Shown here: piece by piece, positions 16,284 through 23,310 of the stretch
Numbering within the stretch: the stretch's first letter is position 1
How the letters are laid out: the number at the start of each line of letters is the position of its first letter
Origin: Bdellovibrionota bacterium
GTDB taxonomy: Bacteria; Bdellovibrionota_C; UBA2361; OMIW01
Direction: 5' to 3'
DNA length: 23,310 nt
Assembly (NCBI GenBank): GCA_044345055.1
Contig: JBIJBT010000042.1
Span: 1 to 23,310 of the forward strand
Position numbers and translations under genes: made by a program
Notes under the pieces: model-generated
Databases searched by the model: none
Told to the model about the DNA's origin: nothing
The model's input: the letters and a program-made list of their open reading frames with translations, nothing else

Positions 16284-18959
16284 ATGGCCTCTGCTTCTGA
16301 AGTTGTCATGTTTGGGTTGTCGATTCCATCGTTCCTTGCGGCCGGAATCTGGGGTCTTGGGTTATTTTTCATCCTTGCAGTAACGTACCTTACGTCCCGA
16401 ACAATTAGTTTGACCCGTCAATCTCGTCGGTTGAGGTTCATCCTCAATGATATTCTCGCTGGGCAGCCAGTTTCGCCCGCTACAATTGAGGAGCTGGACA
16501 CCGCTTTTTCCGAAAGTCCGGTATACGATGAACGGTGGCGCCAGTTGAGGCGCTCGCTCTCTGTTGCTGAGCCTGAGACAGGAGGAACGATTCTTGTTTC
16601 ACCAATTCCGGTTCGTCAGATCTTCAGTTCGCAGGAGATTCTTGCATCGTGGGTGAATATGCGATTCATCGACACGGTACCAGCTCTTATCTCCAGCGTT
16701 GGTCTTTTGTTGACATTCCTCGCGATTTTGTTCGGCCTCAATGGTGCGATAGTATCGAGTAATTCGTCATCGACTGCGGAGTCGTTGCTCGAGTTTGAAA
16801 AAATGCGGGTAGGGATTGTTCATCTCGTATCAAATCTATCCGGAAAATTTCTCGCCTCGGTTTGTGCATTGGGATCGAGTGCGATATTTGTCCTTTATGA
16901 AAGGATCGTCGTTGCTTTTAGTCTTTCGGCTATAGTTTCGGTGCGGCGTATTCTTGATGAGTCAATAGAGTTTCAATCCTCTGACAGAGTCGTGAGGGAA
17001 ATTCACTCGGCTGTGCTTGAATCGGTGAATCGAAGCCGTATCGTTTCGGCTCACATTCCGCAATACATTCGACAAGAAGTTCACAATGCAGCGGGGGCGA
17101 CTCTTGAGCGGATGGAGGGATTGCTTCATCAGCTGTGTACGGTTGCATCTGGGCTTAAGAAGCGAGGTGGTTCAATCGAGGGAGGGCCTGCGGTTGGATT
17201 TTCATTTGAGCAGCTCGAGGAATCTCAGCAGAGAATGATAAATAGTATCACCGATCAGATGTCTTTCGTCGGAAAGTCTATTGGCTCGGTCTCAGAGACA
17301 ATAGAGCAGATGGCTTCAGCGGTTGCTGGTTCGACGAAGCAGATGTCGAAGGATTCTCAGGAGGTGGTGGGAGTTCTTAGGGAGTTTGTAGCCCAATCTA
17401 AAGAGGAACGACAGGCGCTTGGTGTATCATTCCAGAAAATAGTAAGCGTTGTTCAGGACGTTGTAAGTAGTGGATTACAATCGGTCGCTGAGGGGCTCGA
17501 TCGAACAACTGCCTCTGTTACTTCCTCGGTAAGCGAAGTAACTACGACGCTCTCGAAAATTATCAATGAGCCCCGCGAAGAAAAAACGGGTGAGCTCGCC
17601 GAGATACGATCGGTGGTATCTGAAACGTTCGGTCGGTTAAATGAGGTGATCGAAAAAATCGCTGAGAGTACCGCTGGTCTCAGTGAGATGAAGGAAGTTT
17701 TCGGAGAATCGGCCCGTTCGTTCTCAGAAGCGAGTGAGAGGTTTGGAGCGCGATTTGAGAATCATCCGGTTGATATTCCCGCGAATCACACCGCTAATCC
17801 AGAGATACTTGCTCGAATGGATGCAGGTTTTGGGAGCATGGAGAAGCTCGGCAGCGCTCTTGATCTGAGTGTTGGTGCATTGGGCGAGGGCACAAGAACT
17901 TTATCTGCTGTTGTTGAGAGTGCCCAGCAACTCTTTACCCTAGGCGAAAATATAATGTCGCGATCTCAGAGTGTGCTTGAGGATCACTCATCCGCAATCG
18001 TTCAGCAGCGGACGATTTTTGAGGAGAGTGAGAGAGCATTAAAACTCTTTATTGAAAAGCTCGATGATCAGGTATGGCGTTACAATTCAGAGGCGCTCGA
18101 GGCGGTCCGAAATCAGGTCTTGTCCGGTGCTAACGAACAGCTCTCCGGCGTGTATCGGGCTTTTGAGGATACAGGTCGAGCGATAGAGCAGCTACCCCAG
18201 CTATTGGGTAATACAGCAGAGCAGATTGTCTCTGCATCTGATGCGTTCGATAGGATGATGGCGCGTCAGAATGAAGCAGCGGTTCAGCAGCTAGAGAAAA
18301 CAGTCTCGGGAATCGCATCAGCAGAGGTTTCTTTGAAGGATTCAGTTGCTGAGGCTGGAGAGTTGATGACTTCATCAGTGAAAACGGTCCTTAGTCATTT
18401 TGAAGGGATGGTATCTCAGGTTGTTGCAACTCTCGAAACATTCGCCGACCGAGAAAAAAGTGACGCAGATATGTCCGCTGAAATTAAGAGAGCTTTGGAG
18501 GGCACATCTGAGAGACTAATTCCAGCATTGACCTCTCTTTCTCAATCTCTGGCAGCGGGTGAGTGGCTGAAAGATGCGCTTGACGCGAGTGCGCGAGCGG
18601 TCGCAGATGGTGCGACAAAGGTAACGAGTATTGTTGAAGTAGCCAAAGAATTACAGGTTCGCGAAGAGAGCCTGACCTCCCAAAACAGGAACCTAATTGA
18701 ACAACATGCAGGCGCCCTAGAGCGTTATCAACAGGTATTTAGCACTCTCGATCAGTCGATAGCGAAGATTATGTCCCAGCTGGAAGAGCAGATATGGCGA
18801 TTCCAATCTCAGGTTCAGGAGCAATTACAGGGTTCCTTACAACACTACGACGAGCTAACCGCGCGCGGCCTTGTTACCTTTGAATCAGCGATAACAAATC
18901 TCTCTGATGTTCTTATCGATCATCGAAACGGTTCGAGTAGCCCAAAACCGAATAGTTGA
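16284..18959 (+). CDS. zorA: ZorA-like protein: MotA-type membrane domain plus a long cytoplasmic helical tail
   Basis: TM1 at about aa 13-37; soluble loop of about 90 aa; TM2 VPALISSVGLLLTFLAILFGL; TM3 LSGKFLASVCALGSSAIFVLYE; over 650 aa of S/A/E/Q-rich amphipathic helix; directly upstream of a MotB-like gene. Confidence 0.8.
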   Translation: MASASEVVMFGLSIPSFLAAGIWGLGLFFILAVTYLTSRTISLTRQSRRLRFILNDILAGQPVSPATIEELDTAFSESPVYDERWRQLRRSLSVAEPETGGTILVSPIPVRQIFSSQEILASWVNMRFIDTVPALISSVGLLLTFLAILFGLNGAIVSSNSSSTAESLLEFEKMRVGIVHLVSNLSGKFLASVCALGSSAIFVLYERIVVAFSLSAIVSVRRILDESIEFQSSDRVVREIHSAVLESVNRSRIVSAHIPQYIRQEVHNAAGATLERMEGLLHQLCTVASGLKKRGGSIEGGPAVGFSFEQLEESQQRMINSITDQMSFVGKSIGSVSETIEQMASAVAGSTKQMSKDSQEVVGVLREFVAQSKEERQALGVSFQKIVSVVQDVVSSGLQSVAEGLDRTTASVTSSVSEVTTTLSKIINEPREEKTGELAEIRSVVSETFGRLNEVIEKIAESTAGLSEMKEVFGESARSFSEASERFGARFENHPVDIPANHTANPEILARMDAGFGSMEKLGSALDLSVGALGEGTRTLSAVVESAQQLFTLGENIMSRSQSVLEDHSSAIVQQRTIFEESERALKLFIEKLDDQVWRYNSEALEAVRNQVLSGANEQLSGVYRAFEDTGRAIEQLPQLLGNTAEQIVSASDAFDRMMARQNEAAVQQLEKTVSGIASAEVSLKDSVAEAGELMTSSVKTVLSHFEGMVSQVVATLETFADREKSDADMSAEIKRALEGTSERLIPALTSLSQSLAAGEWLKDALDASARAVADGATKVTSIVEVAKELQVREESLTSQNRNLIEQHAGALERYQQVFSTLDQSIAKIMSQLEEQIWRFQSQVQEQLQGSLQHYDELTARGLVTFESAITNLSDVLIDHRNGSSSPKPNS

Positions 18960-18971
18960 TAGGTAGGTGTC

Positions 18972-19694
18972 ATGCTCGATCATAAATCGATTTCACTGAG
19001 CAATTCACTCACCGATCTAATGACCTCGTTGATGGTTATATTTATCCTGATGCTGGTCGTTGCGCTGAGCCAGGATAGAGTCGAAACAAGTACGACTGAG
19101 GGTGCACGAGATCGAATTAAATCAGCCCTTGAACAGAAATTAGTGCCACGTTTCGAGGGAGTCAGAGTTATACAAGACGATCATGACCCTTATACCCTGA
19201 TCGTAGTTGTTCCAGAGCGAGCGCTGAAATTTAATCCATCCATTCACGAAGTTGACGCGCAGTCGGTTCTTTTCCTGGAACGATTCGTCCCACAGATGAA
19301 CGAACTCTTATGTGCCAAGGATAATCAGGAATTCGTTAATTCAGTGATTATTGAGGGCCACACCGATTTGACAGGTGATGAGAAGGATAATTTAGCACTT
19401 AGTCAGAAAAGAGCTCTCGACGTTATGTTAAAGGCTCTCTCATTCACAACACCTGAGTATCAGACCTGCTTCCTTAATATCACCTCGGTCAGTGGTCGTG
19501 GTTCGAGTGAACCGATGTGTGATGTACCAGGTTCGACGCCGATTCGTTGTCCTAAGACAAAGGAGGAGGTTGAAAAAAACCCCAATTATTCGACCGATAA
19601 TCCAGCCTTGAGCCGTCGAGTTGATTTTAAAATTAGAGTGAAATCGGAGCTCAGTGATGCGGTAAGAGATCAGCTTCTCTCAGGGAAAAAGTGA
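18972..19694 (+). CDS. zorB: ZorB-like MotB/OmpA-family peptidoglycan-binding membrane protein
   Basis: SLTDLMTSLMVIFILMLV TM with the conserved ion-conducting Asp; OmpA-like VIIEGHTD, NLALSQKRA, SRRVDFKI; SD-like AGGTAGG upstream. Confidence 0.85.
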   Translation: MLDHKSISLSNSLTDLMTSLMVIFILMLVVALSQDRVETSTTEGARDRIKSALEQKLVPRFEGVRVIQDDHDPYTLIVVVPERALKFNPSIHEVDAQSVLFLERFVPQMNELLCAKDNQEFVNSVIIEGHTDLTGDEKDNLALSQKRALDVMLKALSFTTPEYQTCFLNITSVSGRGSSEPMCDVPGSTPIRCPKTKEEVEKNPNYSTDNPALSRRVDFKIRVKSELSDAVRDQLLSGKK

Positions 19695-20629
19695 TGTCGG
19701 AGCAAGCATCAGGTCAGCACGAATATCGGCAAGAACATCTGATAGAGGGAATGCTTCAGCGCTTTGAGAGCTTTCCTCAAAGGTTCGCGGATAATATTCG
19801 TAAAAAAAACCAAACAATTTGTGCCCCATTTAGCAGGTGTAAAGAGGTGTTGGCTGAGATTGAATGTCGAAACTCCCCTTCACGGGTGGGGGGTTCTTCA
19901 TATCCGCTAATGACCCTATGGCGAAAAGTATTATCAAGTGAGATCCAATTTAGACAGCTCTCAGGTCTTGAAGTTAACCGCCTCTGCGCTGTCCCGCCAA
20001 TAGCGATGAGCCAGCTTTTTATATTGGCGCTCCAGCGCGAAGAGCTGACATTAACGGAGCGTGGCCTTATTGGACTCGTGCACAGCTATCACCAAGAGTG
20101 GGGTGATATGCTAAATCGTTTTGGAGCGGTTGAGCTTATAAGATCATGCCTGAGTAAATTCCCAGAAGAAAAAAGTTCTCGACTAATTTCTTGGCGGGCT
20201 AATCTACGGGTCTTAGTTGATCCTAATGATGTTGACCACCTTTCATTTGAGATGGTTTCAACGCGAATAGCTCCGCATCAGGCTGCTAGCCGATTTAGTA
20301 TCGCTGAGGACTCGGCGTTTATGAGTGCTGTTGTAGCGACAGCAGCGAGACGTATTAGCCAGCGTTTTCGGCCCTTGGCTGAAGATTATGAGTACTTGGC
20401 CAAAATACTTCTAGCCTATCAATATTTTCGACCACGGGATCTCGGTCGAGCTCTAACAAGTGCGATCCTAATCTCGCGAGGAGCGCCGCCGGAAGAACTG
20501 CGTCGGGCGATCGAACAGGTAGGGCAGTCTCACCCAGCACTCGGCCCGTTTGCGGACAATAGGACTGAGTGGCAATCATTGCTCGATGAACGGGCCGTTG
20601 CGGTTTTTGAGGGGTGGTTAAGGAAGTAG
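19694..20629 (+). CDS. ZorC-like helical protein, apparently lacking the C-terminal EH-signature region
   Basis: Translationally coupled to zorB (TGATG; GTG 19691 is an alternative start); third position in the operon. The end, LGPFADNRTEWQSLLDERAVAVFEGWLRK, resembles my recollection of the mid-protein ZorC motif LGDPR-x-W-x-A-x-WL. Confidence 0.55.
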   Translation: MSEQASGQHEYRQEHLIEGMLQRFESFPQRFADNIRKKNQTICAPFSRCKEVLAEIECRNSPSRVGGSSYPLMTLWRKVLSSEIQFRQLSGLEVNRLCAVPPIAMSQLFILALQREELTLTERGLIGLVHSYHQEWGDMLNRFGAVELIRSCLSKFPEEKSSRLISWRANLRVLVDPNDVDHLSFEMVSTRIAPHQAASRFSIAEDSAFMSAVVATAARRISQRFRPLAEDYEYLAKILLAYQYFRPRDLGRALTSAILISRGAPPEELRRAIEQVGQSHPALGPFADNRTEWQSLLDERAVAVFEGWLRK

Positions 20630-20679
20630 TCGAACGGGATTTAAGCACCGGTGTTTTCCGGCTCCCCCCTCATATCCGA

Positions 20680-21042
20680 TCAGTTATCGAGGCTTCCCGA
20701 GTCTGCCTGTTCGGCGAGTATCGGGCTGTCCAATCGAATTGACTGAGCTAGTCCTACGCCAGCATAGGTTCCCCTTGGTTGCTCAACTGTGACCTCCACC
20801 TTGAGCTCTGAAGCAGGGCGCTGTTCGTTGGAAACCATTCGGTAAACACGGGCTGCATTAAGCCCTTTGTCCCCCTCCTGAAGTTCGTACTCGACTGTTT
20901 CCCCATCCTTCAAGGTTTTGAACCCCTCGGATTGAATTACCGAGTAATGAACAAACACGTCTTTTCCACTTTTGTGCTCAATAAAACCAAATCCTTTGGC
21001 ATCATTGAACCACTTAACCAATCCTCGAAGCGTCTCCGACAT
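20680..21042 (-). CDS. Cold-shock domain protein with C-terminal extension
   Basis: [15 protein letters not shown] (RNP1), DVFVHYSVI (RNP2), [21 protein letters not shown], followed by about 50 extra residues. Confidence 0.95.
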   Translation of the reverse strand: MSETLRGLVKWFNDAKGFGFIEHKSGKDVFVHYSVIQSEGFKTLKDGETVEYELQEGDKGLNAARVYRMVSNEQRPASELKVEVTVEQPRGTYAGVGLAQSIRLDSPILAEQADSGSLDN

Positions 21043-21875
21043 AACTTCTCACCATTCAAAAGCAACGAACTGTTCCAGGCATTTCGTCGTCGCAACTAAT
21101 TACGTACGATTGCGGCTCTGCTTTGCGGTTGTTCGACAGGTCTAGTGAAATCTTTCTGCTTTAAGTTTCACCTTAATTCGCCAATTCTAGCCGCTCGCCT
21201 AGATAACGACCAGAACATAGCCCAGCGCGCTTTTTTGCGAACTGAGAATTAATCCCGTCTTCCCCCCGTACTTCTTGTTAACCCTACTTCCTGCTGTCCC
21301 CGAAACTCCTTTATCTCGAAAACTAATTTTTGCATCTCAAATAAGATGCTCTTGACTCTTACGACGACTCAAGGAATCTCCTGAATCAGCCGCTTTGAAG
21401 CGCACGTTTTCTAATCACTGCTCAGAAAAATCTGGGTTTTTATAAAGGAACAACCCTTCTCATTTTCGAAGCGGCAATAAACAGCTAACGCAGGGCCAAT
21501 TTTGAATCATTCGCATACATGCCCGACTCTACCTTTATTTTTTGACAAGAAGTCTTAAAAAAGGGACGAGCCGTCAAATTGTGAACAATAACAGCCTCTA
21601 ACACCTCACAAAGGTTTATTAATGCAGAGCTCACCTCTAATGTCCAGCATAAAAAATACGGTGTCCGAATTTTTTGTTTAAAGCAAAAGGATGGTAGGTA
21701 GCCTCTATCGCTTAAGAGAGTTGAACAAACACTACCGAAGTCTTTGTCGTGTCGTCTTTGTAAAACCTTCGAGGTGATATATAAAGCCTCAAAAAGGTAA
21801 GCGGTCGAGAGAGTGCGTCATCTGAACAGACCGCTTGAAATAAAAATTGGCGACACTGTGGATAGGGGGAGTTAT

Positions 21876-23310
21876 ATGCATTACGAGACACAGGGTAGCG
21901 TTGAGGGTGTTTCATCATGGCTGTGCCTTACTGATCGCACTCTGACAGTCGTTTTCGCATCTTCTGTTGCTTCAGCTTGGCTCGGTAGTCATCAAGCAGA
22001 GGGGTTCCGGTTATCGGTGCTTGTTCCAGAGCTTGCCGATGCGGTGCTGAGATCGAAAAAAAGCGATTTTCCGATTCGGTGTATTATTGGATTATTGGAT
22101 GAGACTCGGCGATCAATTCCTCTTGTAATCCATCGCCTCGACGGACCTATTCAAGGTTTTCTCTGCTGCGAGGATTCGAGATTGACTGGTGCGCAGTCCG
22201 ATTTTGGTGGTTTCGATGAGGTTCGCTTTTTTGTAGAGGATCGGAGCAAAGTACTAGATTCGTGGGCAATGCTCGGTTCGCTGGTCCCACGGTGTGTTCA
22301 CGATCTAAATAATGTGTTCACCGGAATGTTGGGTCATATTGCATATCTTAAGGCGATTCTCCCAACTAATTCTGTTGTATTTGATTCGCTGACAGCGATT
22401 GAGTTGGGAGCTCGTAAGGCTGGTTTGATGACCCGCGCACTTGATATGGTGGGTCAGCATAGAGATGATCCGATTGCGGAGATAGATGATGCCGGTATCG
22501 CTCTTCGACAAATCCTAACGTTATTAAAGGGAATAGCTCCTCCCTCAGTTTCGGTAGTTTCACAAATTCCGACACGCCCCTTTAATGGACATTTGCTTGG
22601 TGCCGTGATCGAGCGAGTCATCCTACCGTTTGCGATCCAGTGCATGCACGCAGTCCCCCGTCCATCCCAACTTGGGGTGATAATTGATGAGTTGCCTCCG
22701 ACTGCGCAGATGGAAGGCGAGGCACTAGACCACACTTTGCTGCCAAGATATCTCCAGATAGTTATCAGCGCATCTCCTTTGCAGGCCGAGACGACCGAAT
22801 ATCACAGTACTGTGATTAGCCCAGTAGCTTCAACAGATTCGAAGAGTAACTATTTGTCCGATGCAATCTGTGAGGCTATGCCATCGCTAGTTCCGTTTTT
22901 TTTACTGTGCTCAAAAGCTATTAAGGAAGTAGGGGGTACTTTTTCTGTTGATGGGGCTGTAGACGCAGGTATAACTGGGCGTATTACGCTTCCTTTTACA
23001 CCTAGTGGTGGGATAGCCGGGAGTTATTACGAAGTAACCAACCAACCTGGCCGCCCAAATGTGGATAGGGCTCCTGAAGTTTTGCCACGAGGCACTGAGC
23101 ATATACTTGTTATGGATGATGAGGAGTCTATTCGGGATGTTGTAGTTCGGAGTTTACAGCAGCTCGGTTATCAGGTGGTTTCCGTGGCATCGGGTCGTGC
23201 GGCTATCGCAGCCTTCCAGTCTAATGAGAAGGGGTTTGATCTTGTGCTTCTTGATATGATTCTTCCTGATGTCAGTGGTTGTGAAGTTTTCGCAAGAATT
23301 CGTGAAATAA
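21876..23310 (+). CDS. Hybrid histidine-kinase-like/response-regulator protein (CckA-like), degenerate ATPase domain; 3' end beyond the window
   Basis: Absent from the ORF track because there is no stop in the window. SD AGGGGGAG, ATG 21876, frame open to 23310 by hand translation. H-box VHDLNNVFTGMLG (His codon 22299); LPRGTEHILVMDDEESIR...FDLVLLDMILPDVSG receiver. Confidence 0.85.
   Translation, partial: MHYETQGSVEGVSSWLCLTDRTLTVVFASSVASAWLGSHQAEGFRLSVLVPELADAVLRSKKSDFPIRCIIGLLDETRRSIPLVIHRLDGPIQGFLCCEDSRLTGAQSDFGGFDEVRFFVEDRSKVLDSWAMLGSLVPRCVHDLNNVFTGMLGHIAYLKAILPTNSVVFDSLTAIELGARKAGLMTRALDMVGQHRDDPIAEIDDAGIALRQILTLLKGIAPPSVSVVSQIPTRPFNGHLLGAVIERVILPFAIQCMHAVPRPSQLGVIIDELPPTAQMEGEALDHTLLPRYLQIVISASPLQAETTEYHSTVISPVASTDSKSNYLSDAICEAMPSLVPFFLLCSKAIKEVGGTFSVDGAVDAGITGRITLPFTPSGGIAGSYYEVTNQPGRPNVDRAPEVLPRGTEHILVMDDEESIRDVVVRSLQQLGYQVVSVASGRAAIAAFQSNEKGFDLVLLDMILPDVSGCEVFARIREI

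Noticed and set aside
16284..19694. Flagellar stator motAB, or a methyl-accepting chemotaxis protein
   Set aside because: No flagellar or chemotaxis genes nearby; the long tail follows the MotA-like TMs as in ZorA, and the MCP hairpin signature (LLALNAAIEAARAGE) is absent.
352..20648. Numerous other short overlapping ORFs in the track (e.g. 1435-2094, 6866-7255, 11053-11478, 15146-15823, 13652-13972)
   Set aside because: They are alternate-frame or antisense to well-supported genes and have no recognisable motifs.
21848..21862. Sigma54 promoter-like TGGCGA upstream of the hybrid kinase
   Set aside because: The -12 position reads GA rather than GC, and it lies too close to the SD.
21712..23102. 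Five short minus-strand ORFs in the track
   Set aside because: They lie antisense to, or overlap the start of, the long plus-strand hybrid kinase frame, which carries recognisable motifs.

Overview
Bacterial chromosomal window of roughly balanced GC, mostly housekeeping and envelope genes. The gene content suggests a Gram-negative, possibly deltaproteobacterial/Bdellovibrionota-like lineage (inference only). In order: mrcB-like PBP1B, a disordered hypothetical protein, folP and ilvA (all minus strand); an HMG-CoA-lyase-family enzyme, a solitary murF and an orphan Flp pilin; the known three-gene cassette of retropepsin-like protease, 7TM inactive transglutaminase and RimK-like ATP-grasp ligase; an orphan gspK and a small helical protein; then ndk-rlmN. 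The stand-out locus (16284-20629) is an atypical Zorya-like operon. It encodes a ZorA-like protein whose long tail carries a duplicated C-terminal module, a ZorB-like MotB/OmpA protein, and a ZorC-like protein that appears to stop before the EH-signature region. No ZorD/E effector follows. The window ends with a cold-shock protein and a CckA-like hybrid protein missed by the ORF track, which has an intact H-box and receiver but a degenerate ATP-binding domain. No tRNA, rRNA, CRISPR array or IS element was recognised. All assignments come from motif recognition by eye; no searches were run.
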